NCBI GenBank assembly: GCA_002269645.1
Contig: NIVC01000061.1
Location: 620,001-684,000, forward strand
Direction: 5' to 3'
Length of the DNA stretch: 64,000 bases
Source: Macrostomum lignano
Taxonomy: Eukaryota
Shown here piece by piece: positions 48,095 to 60,737 of this stretch (the first letter of the stretch is position 1; the number at the start of each line of letters is the position of its first letter). Under the pieces are notes generated by a model. That model was given only the letters and a program-made list of their open reading frames with translations, did no database searches and was not told the DNA's origin. A program made the translations under genes and the position numbers.

Positions 48095-51000
48095 TTATTT
48101 CCTAATCGAATCTGCATGAGCTGCAGCAGCACAGCAGCACAGGTTGCGAGCCAGTTTAGCCATTCGCCATTGTCGCCAATATTTCACGGCTGCTGCACTT
48201 CCGGTTGTGGCAATCACACGGCCTACTGCTGCATCAGCATCAGCTGCCGGACTGCATAAATTTGCTTTCTGGGAATCTCGTCCTTCATCTGCCGCGCATG
48301 CGGTTTTGCAGTCGCATTGCCGGCACAGGCCGAGCAGCTGTGCGCTAGCCGTGTCGGAATCGACGGTCGCTCCGCAGACGTCGCATCTGGCGCAGCTGCG
48401 GTGCCAGACAGTGCGCCACAGGTGAACAGCCGCTGCCGGATGGTCTGGCACCGCTGAGCCTGCGATTTTGTCATCAGAACGGCGAGTGACTTTGTAAACC
48501 TTTGACGGGAACTGCACTTTTGGTAGTCGTTAGTCTCTACAGTCTACACACTCTACCCAATCAGAACCCACTCTACCCAATCAGAACCCACTCTACTCTA
48601 TCAGAACCCACTCTACCCAATCAGAACCCACTCTACTCTATCAGAACCCACTCTACCCAATTAAAACCTACTCTACCCAATCAGAACCCACTCTACCCAA
48701 TCAGAACCCACTCTACCCAATCAGAACCTGCTCTACCCAATTAAAACCTGCTCTATCCAATCAGAACCTGCTCTACCCAATCAGAACCCACTCTACCCAA
48801 TCAGAACCCACTCTACCCAATCAGAACCCACTCTACCCAATCAGAACCTGCTCTACCCAATCAGAACCCACTCTACCCAATCAGAACCCACTCTACCCAA
48901 TCGAAACCTACTCTACCCAATCAGAACCCACTCTACCCAATCGAAACCTACTCTACCCAATCAGAACCCACTCTACCCAATCAGAACCCACTACCTAATC
49001 GGAACCCACTGTACCCAATCAGAACCCACTACCTAATCGGAACCCACTCTACCCAATCAGAACCTGCTCTACCCAATCAGAACCCACTCTACCCACTCAG
49101 AACCCACTCTACCCAATCAGAACCCACTACCCAATCAGAACCCACTCTACCCAATCAGAACCCACTCTACCCAATCAGAACCCACTCTACCCAATCAGAA
49201 CCCACTCTACCCAATCAGAACCCACTCTACCCAATCAGAACCCACTCTACCCAATCAGAACCCACTCTACCCAATCAGAACCCACTCTACCCAATCAGAA
49301 CCCACTCTACCCAATCGAAACCTACTCTACCCAATCAGAACCCACTCTACCCAATCAGAACCCACTACCTAATCGGAACCCACTGTACCCAATCAGAACC
49401 TGCTCTACCCAATCAGAACCCACTACCTAATCGGAACCCACTCTACCCAATCAGAACCTGCTCTACCCAATCAGAACCCACTCTACCCACTCAGAACCCA
49501 CTCTACCCAATCAGAACCCACTCTACCCAATCAGAACCTGCTCTACCCAATCAGAACCCACTCTACCCACTCAGAACCCACTCTACCCAATCAGAACCCA
49601 CTCTACCCAATCAGAACCCACTCTACCCAATCAGAACCCACTCTACCCAATCAAAACCCACTCTACCCAATCAGAACCCACTCTACCCAATCAGAACCCA
49701 CTCTACCCAATCAGAACCCACTCTACCCAATCAGAACCCACTCTACCCACTCAGAACCCACTCTACCCAATCAGAACCCACTCTACCCAATCAGAACCCA
49801 CTCTACCCAATCAGAACCCACTCTACCCAATCAAAACCCACTCTACCCAATCAGAACCCACTCTACCCAATCAGAACCCACTCTACCCAATCAGAACCCA
49901 CTCTACCCAATCAGAACCCACTCTACCCAATCAGAACCCACTACCTAATCGGAACCCACTTTACCCAATCAGAAGCCACTCTATCCAATCGAAACCTACT
50001 CTTCCTAATCAGAACCTACTACCTAATCGGAACCCACTCTACCCAATTGGAACCCACTACCTAATCGGAACCCACTCTATGACAGCAGCTTCTATAAATC
50101 GTTGGCCACACCAAAGAGTACAACTGAATGGCAACAGTACCCGTATACTGTGTAAAAGTACAAATGCACTTATCTCACCGCATCTGCTACAGCAGAAAGA
50201 TTTAAACAATTTTGCGTAGTCGTAACTGCAATATCGAAAGCCGTCAACCTGAAAATATACGCGACAAATGCTTAAGTTTTCAATGAACTGATAACACATT
50301 TGACCTTTTTCATTTGCGCAATCAATGATTATGTAGGAGCAGTTCTACCTCGATATAATTGTTTTCGTCCAACGGCTGAAGACACCGGCTGCATCTGCGG
50401 GTGGTTTCGGTGAAACACAATAAGTTAGCTCGTAATGTTTATGACTGATGAAGATCTAAGATGTTTGGGGAAGAGCTGGGGTCTGAGGTGGGGGAAATGA
50501 GGTAGTTAGGAAATGTTGTGGTTTTGCTAGGTCTTATGTTTGGTGGGCTATAGGTAGGTGTAGGGTCTCAGATGAGAGAGAATGAAGTACGAGTAGAATA
50601 TGGGTTAGGTGTGGGGTCTCAGGTGGGAGGATAAGGTGGGATATTGGTTAGGTGTGGGGTCTCAGATGGGAGGATAAGGTAGGAAAATGGGTTGGTGTGG
50701 GATCTCAGGTGAGAGAGGATTAAGTGGGATATGGGTTAGGTGTGGCGTCTCAGGTGGGAGGATAAGGTGGGGTATGGGTTAGGTGTGGGGTCTCAGGTGA
50801 GAGGGGATTAAGTGGGACATTGGTTAGGTGTGGGGTCTCAGATGGGAGGATAAGGTAGGAAAATGGGTTGGTGTGAGATCTCAGGTGAGAGAGAATGAAG
50901 AGAGATAAAGATTAGGTGTAAGCAATGCAACAGGTTAGATATACAGATCTGCGAAAGCAGTTGCCAGCAATTTTGTTTGCAAAAGCAGAGAACAATGTTG

Positions 51001-54000
51001 CTTCTGCATCATCAGATCCGCCAATCGGAAACTCACGCAAAGCAGCCCGCATGGTAGCGGCGCCCCTTGCAGACCGGCGTGGTCTCCAGGGCGTCCACGA
51101 TTCTCTCGTCGCAGTGGGCGCAGAAGGCGGAAAAGTCGCTGCATTGAAGAGGCGGGGGAATTTTGTAACTTTTGCCAGCATTAGCAACAGCCATTCGCTG
51201 AGAGGGCACTTGTGATTGCATTGAATTTCATTAAGTGGAGGCCATGCAGCAATGAAGGCGCGCTGATGTTGAAGAGCGACAAGAATTTGTGGATTTTTCA
51301 CCTGGCTGGGCTCTGCTTATTTAATCAGAAAAAATGAGGTGCATTGTCTTCAGTCTTGCATTCTTCTCGTGTCTTCCAGGTGACAAAAACTTTACCACTT
51401 GCCAAACAGAGTTGAAGAGAAGCAGAGCAGCTACATTTTATACTGATCCCACCTAAACTCTACCTAAACCTAAGCGTCTATCCAATTCCTCCTTAACTAA
51501 ACAATAAAATAACCCCATCTGCACCCACCTCACTCCGCACCCACCTCACTCCGCACCCACCTCACTCCGCACCCACCTCACTCCGCACCCACCTCACTCC
51601 GCACCCACCTCACTCCGCACCCACCTCACTCCGCACCCACCTCACTCCGCACCCACCACACTCCGCACCCACCTCACTCCGCACCCACCTCACTCCGCAC
51701 CCACCTCACTCCGCACCCACCTCACTCCGCACCCACCTCACTCCGCACCCACCTCACTCCGCACCCACCTCACTCCGCACCCACCTCACTCCGCACCCAC
51801 CTCACTCCGCACCCACCTCACTCCGCACCCACCTCACTCCGCACCCACCTCACTCCGCACCCACCTCACTCCGCACCCACCTCACTCCGCACCCACCTCA
51901 CTCCGCACCCACCTCACTCCGCACCCACCTCACTCCGCACCCACCTCACTCCGCACCCACCTCACTCCGCACCCGCCCCCTCCTCCATCCTAGCCAATAT
52001 CAAGATTAGTCAATATTTCGAATCTCACAAATGCTGACTAGCCGCGTCGGGATGGGAGCCGGACTGGGCTCGAGCACAAAACCACGGCTGCCGCAGGAGC
52101 TCCAGTTGCCCCCGGCGGCATGTAGGACTGCCAGCTGACACAGAATTCGAGCTGGGGGAGCAGAAAAAAGGGAGTTGCTAAAAGATGTTCTGGCAGTGCA
52201 TGGCACTGGTTAGGCAGAAGATGTTAAAAGCAGACGCAGATACCGCGGGTCTTGTCGCTTTCCATTAACTGCTTCGGCTAGGGAAGCTAAAAGCGGGTTA
52301 TTTGTGTAAGCGAGATAGCAGGCGCGCACAGGCGGGCCCATGCAAATGTTAAAGTACATTTTGGCAGCTCCGGGGCAAACTGCTGATTGAATGAAATCTT
52401 GATATTACATGTACCTGAATTCATTGATATAACAAGAATATGGTTCTGATATTACATACTGTACCACCCTACCCTCATTGCATCCGGTGCTCTTTTTTGA
52501 CCCAAGACTCAATACTCAATGCCTCAGACCTCCCTGACACGCACATTCCCTCGTTGACTGGGCGCGAGCAACTGACTCACGCACTCCATTCTCCTGACTC
52601 ACGCAATTCTCCTGACTCACACACTCCTTCCCTGACTCACACATTCTCCATTGACTCACACATTCTCCACTGACTCACACACTCCTTCCCTGACTCACAC
52701 ATTCTCCACTGACTCACACACTCCTTCCCTGACTCACACATTCTCCACTGACTCACACACTCCTTCCCTGACTCACACATTCTCCACTGACTCACACACT
52801 CCTTCCCTGACTCACACATTCTCCACTGACTCACACACTCCTTCCCTGACTCACACATTCTCCACTGACTCACACACTCCTTCCCTGACTCACACATTCT
52901 CCACTGACTCACACACTCCTTCCCTGACTCACACATTCTCCGCTGAACTCACATTCTGTTCTCATTCATTCTCTTTAAAATCTCCTTCTCAGTTCCATTC
53001 CCAATCCTCCCAGGGCCAGCGCATTCGCAAGCGCCATCTTAGGCGGCAAAGTCAAATACGCAGTGCCAACACTCAACACATCCTGCAGCGATGCAACTCT
53101 GTTGACAAAACCCGAATCACCCCGGCTTGTCCTTAGCAGACCCAGCATTTTGCGGGGATCTACACGTGGTTTGCACTTTCCAGCCGGTGTGTTGAATATT
53201 GCAGCCTGCTGAGCACACAAGCTTGAGGCATTGGGAAGGGAAACGGTAAACACCAACTCTTTGCCTCTCTACCAGCTCAGCATCTCTTTTGGTTCACCAT
53301 CAGCATCCAGATTAACCAATTGCTATTCGGTTTTTATCTAGAGTTTATACTAAGCTGGGCAAAGGATTGAGAAAATTTGAAGATAAAAATAACCTCATAG
53401 CAACCGTGTCTTGACTAGATGTACTTTCTTTTGTTGCTGTCTGGTGAGGTTGGCTCTACTCCGTCACGAATTTTGGAGGAGACCGAAGGTTAAAGTTACA
53501 GAGAGCTGCAGTGAAGTTGGCTTGTTTTTCTAAGTTAAATGCATTTTTGTGTACCTCTATAAGATCAAGTTAGCTACATATGTATGCAAGGACCACTGCA
53601 GTCCACTGTAGTGGTCCTTGCATGTATGCTGAACATACATGTAAATATTAAGTTAAAAATTTAGTATATAGGATCGAAAGAACTTTAATAAAAATATTCT
53701 AAAGGATTGCTAATCTAGCCAATAGCTGTAGATGAAAGAGTAGAATGGATTGCTAATCTAGCCAATAGCTGTAGATAAAAGAGTAGAATGGATTGCTAAT
53801 CTAGCCAATAGCTGTAGATAAAAGAGTAGAATGGATTGCTAATCTATCCAATAGCTGTAGATGAAAGAGTAGAATGGATTGCTAATCTATCCAATAGCTG
53901 TAGATGAAAGAGTAGAATGGATTGCTAATCTAGCCAATAGCTGTAGATAAAAGAGTAGAATGGATTGCTAATCTATCCAATAGCTGTAGATAAAAGAGTA

Positions 54001-57000
54001 GAATGGATTGCTAATCTAGCCAATAGCTGTAGATAAAAGAGTAGAATGGATTGCTAATCTAGCCAATAGCTGTAGATGAAAGAGTAGAATGGATTGCTAA
54101 TCTAGCCAACTGCTGCTGTAGATGAAAGAGTAGAATGGATTGCTAATCTAGCCAACTGCTGCTGTAGATGAAAGAGTAGAATGGATTGCTAATCTAGCCA
54201 ATAGCTGTAGATGAAAGAGTAGAATGGATTGCTAATCTAGCCAATAGCTGTAGATAAAAGAGTAGAATGGATTGCTAATCTAGCCAATAGCTGTAGATAA
54301 AAGAGTAGAATGGATTGCTAATCTATCCAATAGCTGTAGATCCATTCTACTCCAAAAGAGTAGAATGGATTGCTAATCTAGCCAATAGCTGTAGATAAAA
54401 GAGTTAGAATGGATTGCTAATCTAGCCAATAGCTGTAGATAAAAGAGTAGAATGGATTGCTAATCTATCCAATAGCTGTAGATAAAAGAGTAGAATGGAT
54501 TGCTAATCTAGCCAACTGCTGCTGTAGATAAAAGAGTAGAATGGATTGCTAATCTAGCCAATAGCTGTAGATAAAAGAGTAGAATGGATTGCTAATCTAG
54601 CCAACTGCTGCTGTAGATGAAAGAGTAGAATGGATTGCTAATCTAGCCAACTGCTGCTGTAGATAAAAGAGTAGAATGGATTGCTAATCTAGCCAACTGC
54701 TGCTGTAGATAAAAGAGTAGAATGGATTGCTAATCTAGCCAATAGCTGTAGATAAAAGAGTAGAATGGATTGCTAATCTAGCCAACTGCTGCTGTAGATA
54801 AAAGAGTAGAATGGATTGCTAATCTAGCCAACTGCTGCTGTAGATAAAAGAGTAGAATGGATTGCTAATCTAGCCAACTGCTGCTGTAGATGAAAGAGTA
54901 GAATGGATTGCTAATCTAGCCAACTGCTGCTGTAGATAAAAGAGTAGAATGGATTGCTAATCTAGCCAACTGCTGCTGTAGATAAAAGAGTAGAATGGAT
55001 TGCTAATCTAGCCAACTGCTGCTGTAGGTAGATAAAAGAGTAGAATGGATTGCTAATCTAGCCAATAGCTGTAGATAAAAGAGTAGAATGGATTGCTAAT
55101 CTAGCCAACTGCTGCTGTAGATGAAAGAGTAGAATGGATTGCTAATCTAGCCAACTGCTGCTGTAGATAAAAGAGTAGAATGGATTGCTAATCTAGCCAA
55201 CTGCTGCTGTAGATAAAAGAGTAGAATGGATTGCTAATCTAGCCAACTGCTGCTGTAGATAAAAGAGTAGAATGGATTGCTAATCTAGCCAATAGCTGTA
55301 GATAAAAGAGTAGAATGGATTGCTAATCTAGCCAACTGCTGCTGTAGATGAAAGAGTAGAATGGATTGCTAATCAAGCCAATAGCTGTAGATAAAAGAGT
55401 AGAATGGATTGCTAATCTAGCCAACTGCTGCTGTAGATAAAAGAGTAGTATGGATTGCTAATCTAGCCAATAGCTGTAGATAAAAGAGTAGAATGGATTG
55501 CTAATCTAGCCAACTGCTGCTGTAGATGAAAGAGTAGAGTGGATTGCTAATCTAGCCAACTGCTGCTGTAGATAAAAGAGTAGAATGGATTGCTAATCTA
55601 GCCAACTGCTGCTGTAGATAAAAGAGTAGAATGGATTGCTAATCTATCCAATAGCTGTAGATAAAAGAGTAGAATGGATTGCTAATCTATCCAATAGCTG
55701 TAGATAAAAGAGTAGAATGGATTGCTAATCTAGCCAATAGCTGTAGATGAAAGAGTAGAATGGATTGCTAATCTGTCCAATAGCTGTAGATAAAAGAGTA
55801 GAATGGATTGCTAATCTAGCCAATAGCTGTAGATAAAAGAGTAGAATGGATTGCTAATCTAGCCAATAGCTGTAGATAAAAGAGTAGAATGGATTGCTAA
55901 TCTAGCCAATAGCTGTAGATAAAAGAGTAGAATGGATTGCTAATCTATCCAAAAGCTGTAGATGAAAGAGTAGAATGGATTGCTAATCTAGCCAATAGCT
56001 GTAGATAAAAGAGTAGAATGGATTGCTAATCTAGCCAATAGCTGTAGATAAAAGAGTAGAATGGATTGCTAATCTAGCCAATAGCTGTAGATAAAAGAGT
56101 AGAATGGATTGCTAATCTAGCCAACTGCTGCTGTAGATGAAAGAGTAGAATGGATTGCTAATCTAGCCAACTGATGCTGTAGATAAAAGAGTAGAATGGA
56201 TTGCTAATCTAGCCAACTGCTGCTGTAGATGAAAGAGTAGAATGGATTGCTAATCTATCCAATAGCTGTAGATAAAAGAGTAGAATGGATTGCTAATCTA
56301 TCCAATAGCTGTAGATAAAAGAGTAGAATGGATTGCTAATCTAGCCAACTGCTGCTGTAGATGAAAGAGTAGAATGGATTGCTAATCTAGCCAATAGCTG
56401 TAGATAAAAGAGTAGAATGGATTGCTAATCTATCCAATAGCTGTAGATAAAAGAGTAGAATGGATTGCTAATCTAGCCAACTGCTGCTGTAGATGAAAGA
56501 GTAGAATGGATTGCTAATCTAGCCAATAGCTGTAGATAAAAGAGTAGAATGGATTGCTAATCTAGCCAATAGCTGTAGATAAAAGAGTAGAATGGATTGC
56601 TAATCTAGCCAACTGCTGCTGTAGATAAAAGAGTAGAATGTATTGCTAATCTAGCCAACTGCTGCTGTAGATGAAAGAGTAGAATGGATTGCTAATCTAG
56701 CCAACTGCTGCTGTAGATAAAAGAGTAGAATGGATTGCTAATCTAGCCAACTGCTGCTGTAGATAAAAGAGTAGAATGGATTGCTAATCTAGCCAACTGC
56801 TGCTGTAGATAAAAGAGTAGAATGGATTGCTAATCTAGCCAACTGCTGCTGTAGATGAAAGAGTAGAGTGGATTGCTAATCTAGCCAACTGCTGCTGTAG
56901 ATAAAAGAGTAGAATGGATTGCTAATCTAGCCAACTGCTGCTGTAGATAAAAGAGTAGAATGGATTGCTAATCTATCCAATAGCTGTAGATAAAAGAGTA

Positions 57001-60000
57001 GAATGGATTGCTAATCTATCCAATAGCTGTAGATAAAAGAGTAGAATGGATTGCTAATCTAGCCAATAGCTGTAGATGAAAGAGTAGAATGGATTGCTAA
57101 TCTGTCCAATAGCTGTAGATAAAAGAGTAGAATGGATTGCTAATCTAGCCAATAGCTGTAGATAAAAGAGTAGAATGGATTGCTAATCTAGCCAATAGCT
57201 GTAGATAAAAGAGTAGAATGGATTGCTAATCTAGCCAATAGCTGTAGATAAAAGAGTAGAATGGATTGCTAATCTATCCAAAAGCTGTAGATGAAAGAGT
57301 AGAATGGATTGCTAATCTAGCCAATAGCTGTAGATAAAAGAGTAGAATGGATTGCTAATCTAGCCAATAGCTGTAGATAAAAGAGTAGAATGGATTGCTA
57401 ATCTAGCCAATAGCTGTAGATAAAAGAGTAGAATGGATTGCTAATCTAGCCAACTGCTGCTGTAGATGAAAGAGTAGAATGGATTGCTAATCTAGCCAAC
57501 TGATGCTGTAGATAAAAGAGTAGAATGGATTGCTAATCTAGCCAACTGCTGCTGTAGATGAAAGAGTAGAATGGATTGCTAATCTATCCAATAGCTGTAG
57601 ATAAAAGAGTAGAATGGATTGCTAATCTATCCAATAGCTGTAGATAAAAGAGTAGAATGGATTGCTAATCTAGCCAACTGCTGCTGTAGATGAAAGAGTA
57701 GAATGGATTGCTAATCTAGCCAATAGCTGTAGATAAAAGAGTAGAATGGATTGCTAATCTATCCAATAGCTGTAGATAAAAGAGTAGAATGGATTGCTAA
57801 TCTAGCCAACTGCTGCTGTAGATGAAAGAGTAGAATGGATTGCTAATCTAGCCAATAGCTGTAGATAAAAGAGTAGAATGGATTGCTAATCTAGCCAATA
57901 GCTGTAGATAAAAGAGTAGAATGGATTGCTAATCTAGCCAACTGCTGCTGTAGATAAAAGAGTAGAATGTATTGCTAATCTAGCCAACTGCTGCTGTAGA
58001 TGAAAGAGTAGAATGGATTGCTAATCTAGCCAACTGCTGCTGTAGATAAAAGAGTAGAATGGATTGCTAATCTAGCCAACTGCTGCTGTAGATAAAAGAG
58101 TAGAATGGATTGCTAATCTAGCCAACTGCTGCTGTAGATGAAAGAGTAGAATGGATTGCTAATCTAGCCAACTGCTGCTGTAGATGAAAGAGTAGAATGG
58201 ATTGCTAATCTAGCCAACTGCTGCTGTAGATAAAAGAGTAGAATGGATTGCTAATCTAGCCAACTGCTGCTGTAGATAAAAGAGTAGAATGGATTGCTAA
58301 TCTAGCCAACTGCTGCTGTAGGTAGATAAAAGAGTAGAATGGATTGCTAATCTAGCCAATAGCTGTAGATAAAAGAGTAGAATGGATTGCTAATCTAGCC
58401 AACTGCTGCTGTAGATGAAAGAGTAGAATGGATTGCTAATCTAGCCAACTGCTGCTGTAGATAAAAGAGTAGAATGGATTGCTAATCTAGCCAATAGCTG
58501 TAGATAAAAGAGTAGAATGGATTGCTAATCTATCCAATAGCTGTAGATAAAAGAGTAGAATGGATTGCTAATCTAGCCAATAGCTGTAGATAAAAGAGTA
58601 GAATGGATTGCTAATCTAGCCAATAGCTGTAGATAAAAGAGTAGAATGGATTGCTAATCTAGCCAACTGCTGCTGTAGATAAAAGAGTAGAATGGATTGC
58701 TAATCTAGCCAACTGCTGCTGTAGATAAAAGAGTAGAATGGATTGCTAATCTAGCCAATAGCTGTAGATAAAAGAGTAGAATGGATTGCTAATCTAGCCA
58801 ACTGCTGCTGTAGATGAAAGAGTAGAATGGATTGCTAATCTAGCCAACTGATGCTGTAGATAAAAGAGTAGAGTGGATTGCTAATCTAGCCAACTGCTGC
58901 TGTAGATAAAAGAGTAGAATGGATTGCTAATCTAGCCAACTGCTGTAGATAAAAGAGTAGAATGGATTGCTAATCTAGCCAACTGCTGCTGTAGATGAAA
59001 GAGTAGAATGGATTGCTAATCTAGCCAATAGCTGTAGATGAAAGAGTAGAATGGATTGCTAATCTAGCCAATAGCTGTAGATAAAAGAGTAGAATGGATT
59101 GCTAATCTAGCCAACTGCTGCTGTAGATAAAAGAGTAGAATGGATTACTAATCTAGCCAATAGCTGTAGATAAAAGAATAGAATGGATTGCTAATCTAGC
59201 CAACTGCTGCTGTAGATAAAAGAGTAGAATGGATTGCTAATCTAGCCAATAGCTGTAGATAAAAGAGTAGAATGGATTGCTAATCTAGCCAACTGCTGCT
59301 GTAGATGAAAGAGTAGAATGGATTGCTAATCTAGCCAACTGCTGCTGTAGATAAAAGAGTAGAATGGATTGCTAATCTATCCAATAGCTGTAGATAAAAG
59401 AGTAGAATGGATTGCTAATCTAGCCAATAGCTGTAGATAAAAGAGTAGAATGGATTGCTAATCTATAAAATAGCTGTAGATGAAAGAGTAGAATGGATTG
59501 CTAATCTAGCCAATAGCTGTAGATAAAAGAGTTAGAATGGATTGCTAATCTAGCCAATAGCTGTAGATAAAAGAGTAGAATGGATTGCTAATCTATCCAA
59601 TAGCTGTAGATGAAAGAGTAGAATGGATTGCTAATCTAGCCAATAGCTGTAGATAAAAGAGTAGAATGGATTGCTAATCTATCCAATAGCTGTAGATCCA
59701 TTCTACTCCAAAAGAGTAGAATGGATTGCTAATCTAGCCAATAGCTGTAGATAAAAGAGTTAGAATGGATTGCTAATCTAGCCAATAGCTGTAGATAAAA
59801 GAGTAGAATGGATTGCTAATCTAGCCAATAGCTGTAGATAAAAGAGTAGAATGGATTGCTAATCTAGCCAATAGCTGTAGATAAAAGAGTAGAATGGATT
59901 GCTAATCTATCCCCTCACAGATCTAAGCTCAACTCGTTTTTGGCTACCCTCTTTTTAGCAGGCAAAACACTCGGCCGTAAAGAAATTTGATTTACTCATG

Positions 60001-60511
60001 CATGCAATTACCTGTAGCTGTCAAGATGGAGTCGAAGATTGTGTTTCACAGGCCGCTGTGCAGGACTCGGCTGCTGCTGCTGCTCAGTTCTTGAACAATC
60101 CTCCATCGATTTTCGGCAAACTGGATCGCTTCGAAGCGACTTTGTAGCGACTCTGCTTTCCCCTCCTGTGTTCTCTATGTGGATAAAATAAAAGCCAAGC
60201 CAGCATGCAGTGTCAGGGGAGAGAGAGAGATCAGAGGGGAGGTGCGTGGGGGCGACAGGGAAAGGCCTGGGAGCCAATGAGAAACCGCGGGCAGAGGGAG
60301 GGTGAGAAGAGAAATCGCAGTGGAAGGTGTTCTGTCTAGAGAGAGAAGATTCTCTCCGTCTCCTCCTCAGCTGATCTGCGTGAGCTCAAATCTTTACTCA
60401 CGGCCGCTTCCGCTGCTCTGCATCCGCAGTTTAGGATTTGGAGTTTCGCTTTTCTTCCTGCGTATTTTATTCTCTTCTGCAAGCAGAGCCAAGACGCTGC
60501 CAACAGCTGCT
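48095..60511 (-). CDS. LIM-domain protein (two C-terminal LIM domains); 5' end unresolved
   Basis: Exons 60511-60402, 60174-60012, 52151-52029, 51138-51037, 50394-50349, 50248-50179, 48459-48095, phase-consistent. LIM1 CAHC..HAGCFACSRC..YCSYDY; LIM2 [21 protein letters not shown] possible further exon ends at 62673. Confidence 0.8.
48548..50088. repeat. 20-bp minisatellite in last LIM intron
   Basis: CCACTCTACCCAATCAGAAC. Confidence 0.95.
50470..50895. repeat. G-rich about 43-bp degenerate repeat
   Basis: GGTTAGGTGTGGGGTCTCAGGTGGGAGGATAAGG. Confidence 0.85.
51520..51974. repeat. 16-bp minisatellite
   Basis: GCACCCACCTCACTCC. Confidence 0.95.
52572..52940. repeat. 39-bp dimeric minisatellite (20+19 bp)
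   Basis: CTGACTCACACACTCCTTCC-CTGACTCACACATTCTCCA. Confidence 0.95.
53704..59912. repeat. 6.2-kb satellite of 43-bp and 46-bp monomers inside LIM intron
   Basis: GGATTGCTAATCTAGCCAATAGCTGTAGATAAAAGAGTAGAAT and ..CCAACTGCTGCTGTAG.. variant. Confidence 0.97.
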
Positions 60512-60737
60512 CTGTCGAAAAGATGGGAAGGAAAAACTTCTCTAAAAAGAGACTTGGAGAAAAGGTAAAAAAATGTATGCCGGAGCCAGGTGAGAGGAAT
60601 CAGGAACTGAACGGAGACGAAGGCTTTTGGCGAACAATGGGGGATTCTAACTGAGTCTGCTGGGAATGAAAAGTTACGTATGAATAAGTAAATTTTGGAG
60701 AAAAATATACAGAAAAGTGAAAATGAGATAGAGATGG

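Noticed and set aside
52975-53256. 93-aa minus ORF as a LIM exon
   Set aside because: No phase-compatible strong splice pair found; flanking exons already join in frame.
53704-59912. CRISPR-like appearance of regular 43-46-bp units (also other arrays)
   Set aside because: Head-to-tail repeats with no unique spacers, eukaryotic intron context, no cas genes.
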